Shown: positions 53,901 to 64,000 of the stretch, piece by piece
Numbering within the stretch: position 1 is the stretch's first letter
Layout: each line of letters begins with the position of its first letter
DNA from: Phoronis australis
Lineage: Eukaryota; Animalia; Phoronida
Assembly (NCBI GenBank): GCA_002633005.1
Contig: NMRA01000176.1
Span: 381,740-445,739, forward strand
DNA: 64,000 nucleotides
Direction of reading: 5' to 3'
Program-made: the position numbers and the translations under genes
Notes under the pieces: model-generated
The model's input: only the letters and a program-made list of their open reading frames with translations
What the model was told of the DNA's origin: nothing
The model's database searches: none

Positions 53901-56900
53901 AATTTACGTTCCTCCAAAACATAAAGAGCAACTTCCGCTTTTCGAGGTGAACGTCGTCTGCAACGCCGCGGTAAGAAAGGAATTTGCCGCGGAAATTTTA
54001 TATCAAATCCGATTTTTTACGCGGAAATATTATAAAAAAAGCGGAAAGCACATTTGAAAAAAGCGGAAATCCGCGTTTCCGCGGAAAATTCCAAGCCCTG
54101 ACCACCCCTATATTACTACCACTGAATTCGTTATTTTTTGGCTGGTCGATGACCGATTGCTGACTTGAATTTGACCAGTCAGATAAAAAATTACAACCTG
54201 TGCTGTAGCAATGTTAAAATCATGTATTGTGGTTATCATATTCCACTTAATGGAACCTGACAAAAATCAATTTATCGTCAACTCATCCAATGTAGTTATT
54301 TCTCGTTAGTCTCCAATGCCAAGCTACTTCGCAACAACTTATTTTTCTAATTATCTCTACGGATCTCTCAAGAGTAATCAAGCAAGAATTAAGTTTTAAT
54401 CAACAATGGAAATTTCAAAAGAAATACTGTTTGTTTATCAGGTCCAATCAATTAACCTCACTTCCAACAAAATCTTTGTTTAAATAGTGCAACACATACA
54501 TTAAATTAATACGATTATAAGACAAAACAAGTAAAATAACTTCAATGCTGACGAATGTTATCCTCTGAAAACAGCAAAAATTGTCCAACCGAGACATAGC
54601 CCTTACCTTAGACGTCTGTTTAGCTTCTGCGAATAAATGACTAAATCGCTGAAAAAATAAAGGTGGACTGTTATTAAAAACTTGATCAGGTGCTTCACAA
54701 GAAATTTCCTGTTGCTAAAAAGCCACGGTATATTTTAAAATGATACTTTGCATGCACAGTGCAGGTTAACAACACTACAGTGACTACTATGCTGGGACAC
54801 ACATGTATTTTAATGGCCAATCTTGTTTTTCTTTGGATTGGATCTTTAACAGAAAAACAAAGTTTAGAAATAATGCAAGAGAACCCTTCTAGTTTTCCAC
54901 AATTACGCATCAGCGTTAATTATGTCAAATGAATTGCATCGTTTCATTGTGACAGTGTGGATTTTGGGCCGCCAAAGGGGGCGTAAACTCACACTATGCA
55001 AAACCTTTGAGGGTCATTCTCACTTGGCCTTCCAAGAACCCTCAACTCACCAGTGCCTCGGTTAGCAGATCAGACCTGTGGTCAGTGGAGAACCTCATAG
55101 TGTCTGTCTTTTTCGCGCCTTTCTTCATCGTGATAAGGAACTCGTTATTGGTCGGCGCCTTGAAGTTCGGCACGATGCTGAGAAACTCCCCATAGGGCCA
55201 CTGGAAATAGGACATGCTAACTTAATACTATGATTATTAAATGCAGCGGGTAAAAAACTAAAAATAATATTATGACGTGGTTAAGATCACAACAGAGATC
55301 AGACATTTGCTAAATAAGATGAGATACCAATTAGTATAAACGATTTCAGAGACCAATTTTACATGAAGGACTTCTTATACAATAATGAGAGTGAGCACAC
55401 AAAGGTCTAAATGACATGCATGACGTTTAGCTCGAAAAGTTGAGTTGGAGCAGCTACCTATCCACTGTGATTAACGGCACACGACAGTCAATTACAAAGT
55501 CATATACACTTAGTCACAGGCCTTTCTCTCACTGACTTTAAGTTCTATGGGTTATTTTCTGTCAAAAGCGAAAAACAACTTTTTCCTTATCATGATAGTT
55601 GCAAACCCTAACAAAACGCACAAACTCGGAACGTGACTCGCGAAATCGGTTCTTTTCCTAAATGTTCACATTTCTAACCTTTTTTGCTCTTCCATAAGTT
55701 TTTCATGCGTGAAAACTATTTTGTGACATTGTGTAGAATCACATGCCGAAATTGCGATCACGTGAACAGATTTTTCTTAAGGAATAATACAGTGAATACA
55801 ACTGCGTGGAAATCAAGCCCTTCGAAAGAACTTCAACTTTTTACTTCTTGCTTGTCACTCCGACATTTGCAATTTTTGACATACCAGTGAATTCGTGAAC
55901 TAAAGCATTCACTGGGCTCGTTAACTGGCATTTGGGTCACTCTACATGATGTCATTAGGACAAAAACTAAGGGTAGAAGATGGCAGACGATTTGACTCGT
56001 TGTTGCTACAGGAAGGTAAAAAGAGGCTAAGAACGTTTGCCATTTTCCAAATGTGTCAAGAAAACTTAATTGTTAGCACTAACAAACTGAACAAAAATTT
56101 TCCTCCCATTCTTTCATTTCATCAAGAGGTGAAAAGCCGTCCGGTGGACCTTCAGCTCTGGTTAAGACCTGAGCATAGGGTAGCCAAATAGTAAGCCTAC
56201 AATTCTGTGTAATTGTTTTGTAACTTGAAATGGTCAAAATTTCACACTCTGACTCGACTAATTAACAGATTCAGGGCAATTTGAATCACTGGCTACCATG
56301 TCAGCTTGGCCTCAAAAGCCCATGACACATTACATAATATCCGTGATAAGAAGGCATTACCTGATTAGTGACCTCTAGTGTCTGTGGGTTGTAGGTTGTA
56401 ATTCCCATAGTCCCCACTGAAAATATTCTCTTGTACCTGGAAATAACAATGCTGGATTAGAGGACAGCTTAGCACCTTGTTTTCGCAACTGGTTACATAT
56501 AATCAGATTAATATTTTAGTAGGCACCATGTTTCAGTTTCTATCTGCACAGAGGATTTAGATAACTCCAATTTTATACAAATAACAAGAACTGTATAGCA
56601 GATGCCTGGTATTTCTCAAACAACAGTATCCTTACAGATTACTGTAACATCTAGGGTGCATTACTTTAGAAACGAAAAAAAATGAGGGACCGTGTGTTAA
56701 ATCGAGCATGACGAAATACAGACATTCAAAACTTAATTTGCTTAAACCTTAGGAATAGGCGTTTAGCCGAGTGCAAGCACTAAAAAGAAAGGGTACAGTA
56801 AAGTTCCCTAGTTTGGGATAATATCTAAACTTTGGGACACTGAAATTCATCACAAATTAGTATTTTTCATTCTGAAGATTGGGATGTCAGTAATTTCAGC

Positions 56901-57301
56901 ACTCCTGACATTTCCCAATACTGGACACTACAATCAGTATCATCAAATCATCAAAATCCAAAATATAATCGTCGAGAATAGCTGTCAACGTGAAATTCAT
57001 CTTGAAATTTGGAAATCCAACATTGCCTATATTTCTAAAATTCGGTAGGAGCTCTGACCTTGAACAAAATAATTTTTCAGGGTCCCGAACTGGGGATTTT
57101 CATCGGAGGGTACATATTCGGAAAATATTTTCTTTGATATTTAATTCAAATAGCCCAACGCCAGCGAAGCATGTCAAGGAGTGTAGTACACAAAAACAGC
57201 AATACCACTCGAATCGACAGTACTACTTACTTCCCCTTCCATGAGTGTTTAGTGATGAAATAACACGCTATATCTTCGTTGTCCTTCATGGAAGCCATCA
57301 T
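14868..57301 (-). CDS. DNAJC13: DnaJ homolog subfamily C member 13 (RME-8). Coding exons in transcription order: 57231-57301, 56361-56436, 55051-55200, 54607-54648, 53285-53431, 52265-52318, 51683-51825, 50741-50900, 49719-49810, 48654-48826, 48233-48315, 47008-47180, 46486-46585, 45632-45739, 45241-45396, 44207-44385, 43662-43737, 42264-42359, 41385-41618, [missing exon(s), probably in the gap], 38397-38472, 37520-37679, 36769-36831, 36341-36442, 35468-35572, 34476-34678, 33685-33769, 32973-33173, 31888-32042, 30789-30990, 30019-30128, 29126-29337, 28312-28496, 27744-27935, 26816-26995, 26020-26190, 24736-24849, 24305-24421, 23645-23698, 22881-22995, 21927-22018, 21002-21176, 19779-19979, 19415-19496, 18680-18896, 18138-18317, 17099-17239, 16482-16622, 15387-15489, 14868-14983
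   Basis: N-terminus [52 protein letters not shown] matches RME-8. Further hallmarks: IWN-type repeats (PNLIWN, PEAIWN, PYLIWD, PELIWN), GYF-2-like WAQGMDGW, a central J-domain [11 protein letters not shown], and C-terminal [28 protein letters not shown] (14868-14870). Boundaries are GT-AG and were read by eye. Confidence 0.97.
23020..23288. mobile_element. MITE with gctgttcacactga / tcagtgtgaacggc termini (Harbinger-like)
   Basis: 14-bp TIR with one mismatch; internal gtgtgaac/gttcac subrepeats. Confidence 0.5.
25017..25140 (-). mobile_element. Dispersed repeat copy (family also at ~43432-43602 and ~52885-53061, both in the opposite orientation)
   Basis: Shared gggtcattttrtctgwatacttttgrcttgtaytg terminus and atggttwagccacc motif. 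Confidence 0.6.
27220..27775 (-). repeat. 57-bp (decaying to ~70-bp) tandem array derived from the 3' end and donor of DNAJC13 exon 27744-27935
   Basis: tggcccata/tagcccata anchors at 27734, 27677, 27620, 27563 (period 57), then 27493, 27425, 27282, 27222. Confidence 0.85.
28563..28648. repeat. 86-bp intronic hairpin
   Basis: ttataacttagttgtcttcactgagaccatt ... aatggtctcagtgatgacagctaaagttataa. Confidence 0.75.
29126..29337 (-). CDS. DNAJC13: DNAJC13 exon encoding the J-domain (HPD motif)
   Basis: [40 protein letters not shown]; tag acceptor and gtaag donor. Confidence 0.95.
31147..31373. mobile_element. Degenerate MITE with long imperfect TIRs
   Basis: ggtcacagcaggcagag..actgagctg / cagctcagct..ctctgtctgcagtgacc; TTAA on the left flank. 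Confidence 0.5.
33611..33694 (-). repeat. Perfect 21-bp x4 tandem repeat spanning the donor of DNAJC13 exon 33685-33769
   Basis: acaagactgacctgcactatg x4, which is CATAGTGCAG|GTCAGTCTTGT on the coding strand. Confidence 0.95.
34737..35140 (+). mobile_element. Non-autonomous hAT-like DNA transposon (CAGGGCTTGGAAT family), right TIR partly deleted
   Basis: Near-identical to 53592-54100; 6-bp direct repeat ATATAA on both flanks. Confidence 0.8.
35949..36230. mobile_element. Foldback/MITE with nested inverted repeats
   Basis: ttgtgcaaactcaaga/tcttgaattcgcacaa and perfect tcaagtttgcacttgatgac/gtcatcaagtgcaaacttga. Confidence 0.65.
38951..39450. repeat. Intronic minisatellite, 65/71-bp units, about 7.5 copies
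   Basis: aaataatttagagaactgaagtcatctttagttagtaactarcagttatgtgcacattagtctac repeated. Confidence 0.92.
40291..40727. other. Assembly gap (437 N)
   Basis: Run of N. Confidence 1.
40728..40978. mobile_element. Helentron-associated (HINE/pearl-like) repeat fragment with a GGAC microsatellite
   Basis: gccaaatttcatgaac..ttttggagatag..ggacggacggacggagatgacagcataat; architecture typical of invertebrate HINE elements. Confidence 0.5.
40979..41040 (+). mobile_element. Right end of a CAGGGCTTGGAAT-family element
   Basis: gcggacagaacatttgaaaaaagcggaaatccgcatttccgcggaaaattccaagccttg matches 54040-54100. Confidence 0.8.
43432..43602 (+). mobile_element. Dispersed repeat copy
   Basis: Aligns by eye with 52885-53061 (ggcagcaaaattcta...atacttttggcttgta). 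Confidence 0.6.
44850..44916. repeat. 20-bp tandem repeat, about 3.5 copies
   Basis: cacaggcacyrgatatatay units. Confidence 0.7.
47453..47631. repeat. ~55-bp tandem repeat, about 3.2 copies
   Basis: caaagttcaatcataaaccatcactctgaggaygactgcag..gag..gacaaagttc. Confidence 0.85.
50081..50332 (+). mobile_element. Divergent member of the CAGGGCTTGGAAT MITE family (different interior)
   Basis: caggatttggaatgaccaatgacaaaaaa ... aattccaagcactg, with ATTATT direct repeats on both flanks. Confidence 0.7.
51495..51660. repeat. 15-bp minisatellite (acaacrccmtcacra), about 11 copies
   Basis: Directly visible, just inside the intron next to exon 51683-51825. Confidence 0.85.
52885..53061 (+). mobile_element. 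Dispersed repeat copy
   Basis: See 43432-43602 and 25017-25140. Confidence 0.6.
53592..54100 (+). mobile_element. Full-length non-autonomous hAT-like element (509 bp)
   Basis: 13-bp perfect TIR CAGGGCTTGGAAT / ATTCCAAGCCCTG; subterminal gcggaaa repeats. Confidence 0.85.
57231..57301 (-). CDS. DNAJC13: DNAJC13 first coding exon (preceded by an acceptor at 57306, so a 5' non-coding exon exists upstream)
   Basis: tttcag|CTTT ATG ATG GCT TCC ATG AAG GAC ... TGG AAG GGG AA|gtaagt. Confidence 0.9.
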
Positions 57302-58051
57302 AAAGCTGAAACACATAGAAGGAGAAATAAAACTGGGAACAAGAATTCAAGAAAGGAATAAGTTATCACGGTGAAATGTTGGCCACGAGAAATTGAACAG
57401 GGCAACAACTCGACAGGTTTGGGATCAATAGGTCCTCCAGGCTTGGGGCTTTGTGGTTCACTTCACCTATCCATATTTTTTCTGAAATGATCTCTTCTGT
57501 GGCAAGGTCAAGGCTGTTTCCTTGAGAAAGTTGATGCTTTTGTAAGATATTTGAAATAGATGTTGCTCCATTTGATTTTTTGGGGAGCGAGCGATATTCG
57601 TAAGTGGGCGACTTAGGCTACCAATTTAGTAAGTTAGGCGATTAGTTTAAACGGCTAGCAACATTTCAATTTTAAAAATTCAGCAAATCCAAAATTAAGA
57701 TTTGTAGATCCTGTATCGCTAATGTTGTTATTTTGGTCACTGACAGTAGTTGCTGCTCTACATTGTCATTATATTGGAACCTATTTGCAATGTGAATTAT
57801 TCAGGACCAAATAGGGTGTTATTGTAACAAGCGCATTTGCATCAATGAATATTTTCATGTGCCAGTGGTACAGAGTATGTTATTAACATTATCTTCGCCA
57901 CAAAGTTAACTTTTCAAGGGCAACCCCCCTGCAGCGCACCGCCTATAGATCATGTGCGGCATAACACTGAAAAAAGTGGGGGATATAGCCCCCAGCCCCT
58001 TACGGTGCACCACCCATGCTTTTTGGGTCACTTATAAAGAACAGTATCTCA

Positions 58052-58178
58052 GCACTAGTCGGGATACATAATGGACCCTGAACTGATTTAGAGAACCAGT
58101 TTCATCGACTAACAACATGGCCGTTATTGAGTGATTGCCTGCTTCTCTAAATCAGGGTCCATTATATCCGAATAGTGC
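58052..58178. repeat. Foldback hairpin
   Basis: gcactagtcgggatacataatggaccctg..tgatttagagaa / ttctctaaatcagggtccattatatccgaatagtgc. Confidence 0.7.
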
Positions 58179-58589
58179 CCAGATCTCATCACATAATATC
58201 AACAGGGTCTGTCAACTAATAGGGCTACTGCCCATGTCAATCTACAGTGAATCAATCGCTGATTTTGTTTTACAGCAAAATGGATCTAAAGTCAAATTTT
58301 TTAAGTGTCCCAACTAATGATTTTGAAAGCATTTAACTTGAAAAATCAAGAAAGGAAACGAACAACTAATCTGTTCCGTAAGCACGTTTTTATTGGCGTG
58401 ATTTCCTAACCAGGAAGCGTTCGATATTGGAAGAAACACGGGTACAGCAACAGTCAACGAATCACAAGAAGAACTTTCCAATTGTTGTCGCTTACTTTAA
58501 AAGAAAGCAGCCAAGCAATTAAAAGATGCAGTGATATTGAGGATTATAGAAAATCCCATAGAAGTAACGGGCGAAAAAGCAATAAGCTT

Positions 58590-58770
58590 TTCTTACTTCC
58601 CAGAAATAGTTGAAATTACCTCGTTAGTTTTGTCGGCAAAGATTACATGGCACTCACTTCAGCTTCCGTTTTCCTATTGCGCATGCGCACAACTATCACT
58701 CCCACTTCTCGTCGTTTCTCAAACTTTCTCAACTCAAAGTAACAACAACAAGAGTCGATAACAGGTGAGC
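58590..58770. promoter_or_regulatory. Probable bidirectional promoter: DNAJC13 (-) and an unidentified divergent gene (+)
   Basis: NRF-1/EWG palindrome TGCGCATGCGCA at 58678-58689 and ETS-like CTTCCG at 58663. Minus-strand donors GTAAG (58593-58597) and GTGAGT (58652-58657); plus-strand donor CAG|GTGAGC at 58765. A/T strand skew flips here. Confidence 0.6.
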
Positions 58771-60218
58771 TCACTCGATGAAACTTTACAAACAATCGAT
58801 AAAAGACCTAACGATTCTACTTCTTCGTCATAGAATTAACGAGCTTTCAAAACAGAAGTAATAAGGCAACGGATGAAGTGATGACATTTGTTATTTACTA
58901 CACAAAGTTCAAGCATGTGTCCGACGCACGGTCACTCGTGTGCTTGGCAACGAATCTCTGACCGGCGAGTGCTGAGCATGCGTCCAAGTGAAGACGTAAA
59001 GTTTATCGAAAACCACACAAGAAGGGTTGTCAGAATCTTTTTGTCTATGAAATTTCCTTGCCATTTAGATCAGGTCTGTAATTTTGAATTTCAAATTTTC
59101 TTAGATAGTGTAGCCCGGCTGTAACCCATCCACATAGGCCTAGCTATACCCCAAAGTTTATTCTGGTGTCGACCTGTTGACAACTGAGACTGGGTACACA
59201 GCCACGAGTTAATAAGTTGTATCCAGGGAGAACTATAATTTGACAGGTCAGTTTTAAAGTCATTTAGTTGGTTGTGGTTCTAAATAATGGTTCAGATGTT
59301 TGTGTTTAATGTACTTAAAAATGTTGTTTTTTCTGTTGTACAAAGTTATTGTCGGACGTCATAAATTATCATGACGTACTCTGGAGAAATTAATTCACAA
59401 TTACCAAATATAGTACAGTAATACTGTACTATATATAGAATATAATTGTAGATTTCAACTTGGTTTTTGTATCCCAATTTAAATACTAAACGTTGAAATT
59501 TATTTTTGTGTCATTTTGTTTAAATAAGTGCAACAAACCAAATTTTCCATAAGGGAATCTGAACAAACAATTTCTGTAACCGGGCAAGTGTAAAATTTAT
59601 TTCCTCACACTTGAAACTCCATTTGATATTGATTTCTTAAGCCATGCCAAGCACAGTGCCACTGTTTGTTGAAGGTAATGTGTATTGATTAAGGCAATAG
59701 ATGTCCTGTTTTTGTAACCTCTTCTATAAACATGTTCTAACTATGGTTTATTTTCATCAAACTTACATGCCAACTGTTGCAATGTTTTGATCTGCGTTTC
59801 ACCTTACATCAACAGGTTTGATTTGCTAGAGACTTGTATTTTTGAGTTTTAAGACTGCAAATTAATGCTGGCCAGAGTTACACAGTGAAATTGCTCCATT
59901 GATTTTCTTGGTTATTAGTCTTTGTTTTTATGGGGTACTTATCCCCTGATTATGTAAGACTAGCCCAAGAATTTTTAAAACCATTTGAGTAGATGGACTA
60001 GATTGTTTGTTGGTAGACCTGTATGGATCCATGGATTGTTTTGGTGTATATTTTTAATTAATAGCTTTCTTTTAGGATTCCCCTTTTAAAGAGTTTCGAA
60101 TGATTAAACATTATGTAAAGCTTATTTGTTTGTCACTGTGAGCGTTGATTTAATTCAGCTGCATGTGATTTGCTGTACTGTCCCAATACTTTTACTGGGT
60201 AATAGTCTGATTTAACAT

Positions 60219-60285
60219 GCCCACATTTTGAGAACCAGTTTTCGCCACTGAATAACTGGCATTAAACTGGTTCTCAAGCGTGGGC
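60219..60285. mobile_element. Hairpin element sharing its core with 12781-12830
   Basis: gcccacattttgagaaccagttt..cactgaataactggcat..aaactggttctcaagcgtgggc. Confidence 0.65.
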
Positions 60286-61135
60286 ACAGTCCACTCTTAC
60301 CTTTTTCCATGTAGAGATATTGGTTATTTCACATTATAGAGAAGGACCTTTTCAAAAGGCCATTTCCATACAACCAATGAGATTTTATTTGTTTGGCTTA
60401 TTGTATTCATATTAGCTGTACTTTCTTTTGGTCAAAAAGATTTTTTGGTTTGCTTAATCAGGTTTGTACTGAGTGCCTTCAGGACTATTTTATTCTGTTT
60501 ACTGAATTTTGAATGGACTCTTCTATATAGAGCTGTGGCAATTTGAATAGAAACTGTTCTATTGAATAGAGCTTCTGTAAGCACTACTGTAAACATAATA
60601 TTCAATTTGTTTCTTGTTGGATTTATAATATATTGATACCTTGACAACTTTGTTGTGAAGAGGGAATACAAACTGTTAGTAGGGCTTTGGTGTGAGGTTT
60701 AGGAGTGGCTGTAAAAAAGCAATCTTTTTGGACATCGTGCAGGTAATCTTCAACAGCTTAACCATTAAAAGAACATCATTTACCTTGTAATGTGATGCTT
60801 GTCATGTTGTGAATAGCCAGGAAGCTAAAGTTTATCACATATTGAGATATCGTATTTCAATTATGTCTGAGCAGTATGTGACTTGAATTAATCTGTGCTG
60901 CGCATATTGATTGATGGAATGGATGGAATACTGTTAGCACAAAATTTGATTTTATGAACAAGAAGAAATGTAGTACTAATTGATCTTACTCAGTACTTTG
61001 CACAATAAAATCCGTGCAATTTCAGAGCCATTCATTCTGAAGGTTATATCTCATATTTGTTGGCTTTTGGTTACATTGTGTGTTAGTTATGATTTTTGAC
61101 TACACCTAAATGCCAAATTAGTAGATTAGGTTTTA

Positions 61136-61168
61136 TCAAATTGTATCCGTGACACGGATACAATTTGA
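61136..61168. repeat. Perfect 16-bp-arm palindrome with a 1-nt spacer
   Basis: tcaaattgtatccgtg-a-cacggatacaatttga. Confidence 0.9.
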
Positions 61169-63174
61169 AAAAACCCTGCTAAAAGTCAGGGTTAACCCTA
61201 AGCAAAAAGAGTGTTGGGTCTGAATTTTACAATTTTGGCGGGAATGGTAATTGATTTTAAAATTTAAGGTAACCATACTGATTGAGCATTGTTAAAGTAA
61301 CCTGAAGTCAGTTAACCATGGGACAACTTGTGTCGTACAATGGTGTGTGTCAAAGGTTAGGATTTAATTTTACTACAGTGACAACAAATCATGTCATGAA
61401 TTTTTACCACATTAATCCTTTTTGTTTTCCATCCATGGTCAGAGTGGATCGAGCTCACAGTTGTTATTTTCGACTTCGGAGAGCACTTCATTCTATCTCA
61501 CTTTGAAGTTGGACATTATTGACCTAATTTCTTTAATACAGATTTTATTCCAATGTTTTAACAACGAAAAATAATGAAATGGCCAGGAAATACTTTTAAT
61601 TAGCTTCTCAGATAAACTTGCTCCGACAAAATATCACGGTATCAATCATTCTATCTATTGATTAAAGCTTAAAAGTGAAATACAGGTGTCCATCAGTTGG
61701 AATTTATGGGATAATTACTGTCACAAGCACCTTGTAATTACAAACATCTTGGATGTGATTAGTCTGATCAATGTTAGATATAAGTCAATATCCCCGGCTA
61801 TAAATAGAACGTACATAGATACTGGGTGAGGGTTGTTAGTTGGCTAGTTACTGTCTGAGTATGTCGGCTTGTAATGAGTTGTGTTGTGGGCAACGCAGGT
61901 AAGTTGTGTTTTAAAGGATCATGTGCTTTGTAAAGAGCATTCTCAAAAGATCAGTTGTCAGTATACGCTGGCAGCAAGTTTTCTCTTAAACAAGTGGTAT
62001 ATTTCAAGCATTGCGATACAATCTCACCAATTTTGGACAAACACATTTTCCAAAATTGATCATTTTTCAATTTTCAAAATCTTCTGACATTGATATGAAT
62101 GCTCAAAATTTCTCAGAGTCATTGTATGATGGTAGCTATGGTATAAATCTTTAAAAATGTTATAGTAATTATCGCATGCTACTTATCTCTAATGAAAATG
62201 CAAAAAAAGGGAATCTCACTTATCAGCCATACCATGTCTTAAATTAGAGAGATTTTACTGTTCACTAGCTTCTGTAGATTACAGCTTTTAATCCTATACT
62301 CAGTAATATACACAGTCTTTTGTAGGGACACTATACGACAACTGCAGGATATTTATTGCATAAATGATGAGAACATAAACATGATTTTGAACAATTTGCT
62401 GGATCTTTGGACAGATTCGTCATTGTAAAAAGATGGAAATATATAAAAATATCTGGAACAAAAACTTAGTTATGTTCCGATGAAAAATTCATAATCAAGT
62501 GTTTATTACATATTCATGTTGAGGAATATAAACAGAAACTTATAAAACTGTCGCTGTGTCGTCTTTAACATGGACTGTGTCGAAAATGAAGAATTTTATT
62601 TAAGATACACAAAAAATGTTTGTTACCCAGTTGTTCAGGTATATTCACATTTTATCAGCTTATGACCTATGTAGCTTAGAGAAACTAGAATTTAGTCAAG
62701 CTCAAGAGTCGAGCATGTGATTAGAAGTCTTCAGCTGTTGCTAAGGAAGAGTTCATCAGTGTTTAATGTAAATGTTTATACTGTTTGAGCTTTAGGAGAG
62801 ATCTTTTATTGAACACAGTGCTGAGGGATTTATGGATCAGACAGATGAAGACTAGGTTGGCCTTTCAAAAGTATTTTTGTTCTGCCGTATTAACTGGATT
62901 GTTGCATTTATGTAAGTTCTTCTAACTTGCCCTATCCATCTTTTATCTTCTGGTTTTGATGATTCTCATCTTGGTGATTGGGAAAGAGATATGTGATGGT
63001 GGCATTCTCTTCTCTGAGGATTATTAGGTACATTGTGATTCATCTTGTACAAGATATTTTAAGTCCAAGACCTGTTTTGTGACTTTAGTACACAAAGAGG
63101 AGACAGTGAACTGATCAAAAGAAAAAATATTGCTTGTTATTTATTTCGCCAAGTATGTTGCTCTGTCACTAAGT

Positions 63175-63945
63175 TTTTTTTGTTTGTTCGCACAATACAG
63201 GTCGCAATTTTCGTCTGATCATCACAAAATTTACACATAACACGTAGTTCCGGAAGTACTGGAAGCCTATTGTTTTTCGTCATAATCGGATCCAAGATGG
63301 CGGCTGTGGCAGCCATTTTGTTTTCATTTAAAGGTTCAAATGCTTCTGGAGGCTACAATTTTTTACGTAATAGGCTAAGAATTGGCACAGTAAATGGACC
63401 GGAAGTTTGCTACAAGTATACCGGAAATTGTTTACTTCTGGTTAAAGATGGCGGAAATATCGGCGATCGCGCATGCGCACCTCGATTTTGGCCTAAAAAC
63501 GTTTTCTCCTGTAGAGGGCGCATTATAAGACCAATTCCTTCGAATTTTTACAGGTATTAGTTTCTTATGACATGCTATTATACAAAGTCAAAAAACGGGA
63601 AGTTGCTTTCAAGATGGCGGATCTGGCGCATGTTGACCCATTTTCAATCGTGCTGGAGTGCGATTTTAAACGGGAAGAGAAAAAGACGTGATTTTGTATG
63701 TGGATTCTTTGAAGTATATTCTTTCAAATGGCCTCTAACAATTTTTTCTCAGACTTACCGTTTTCGAGTTATTTGACTTTGAATTTCTTAAAAAAATGCA
63801 AAATTTCATTTTTTTTCCGAAAAATTTACGGAATTAGGCGATGCCATCAGTTTAGATAGAATTTTGAACGGGCTTTCAGAAGATGTTTTCCATTTTTCTC
63901 TAGGACGTCTACTTTTCGAGTTATTTGAGATTTTCCGATAACGCT
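63175..63945. mobile_element. HINE/Helentron-like interspersed repeat with internal subrepeats
   Basis: Starts with a tgtttgtt microsatellite; recurrent aagatggcgg, ccggaa and ttttcgagttatttga motifs; CpG-rich relative to the flanks. Confidence 0.5.
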
Positions 63946-64000
63946 GTTCCTTTGTTGAGTGCTCTTGCTGCATTGATGTTGGTTTATCTTCTATTGAACT

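Overview
Eukaryotic (metazoan, AT-rich, intron-dense; probably a marine invertebrate, with a lophotrochozoan-style repeat landscape) genomic window; most ORF-track entries are exon fragments or noise. (1) + strand 0.9-6.1 kb: six-exon Cys-loop receptor gene of the nicotinic acetylcholine receptor family. It is non-alpha (no vicinal Cys in loop C), has a cation-type M1-M2 linker and a long M3-M4 loop rich in RRxS motifs. (2) 8.5-10.3 kb: an 867-bp near-identical tandem duplication joined by a single N, probably an assembly or haplotype artefact. (3) 10.5-11.7 kb: an intronless orphan reading frame broken by two frameshifts and one in-frame TAG. (4) - strand 57.3->14.9 kb: DNAJC13/RME-8 with 49 visible coding exons; at least one more exon is missing and probably lies in the N gap at 40291-40727. 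(5) ~58.6-58.8 kb: a likely bidirectional housekeeping promoter with a divergent + strand transcript. The introns hold many MITEs, foldbacks and minisatellites. The most unusual signal is that two DNAJC13 exons have their 5' splice sites amplified in frame-preserving tandem repeats (21-bp x4 and 57-bp units), creating arrays of alternative donors. No prokaryotic-type system, CRISPR, rRNA or tRNA was seen.
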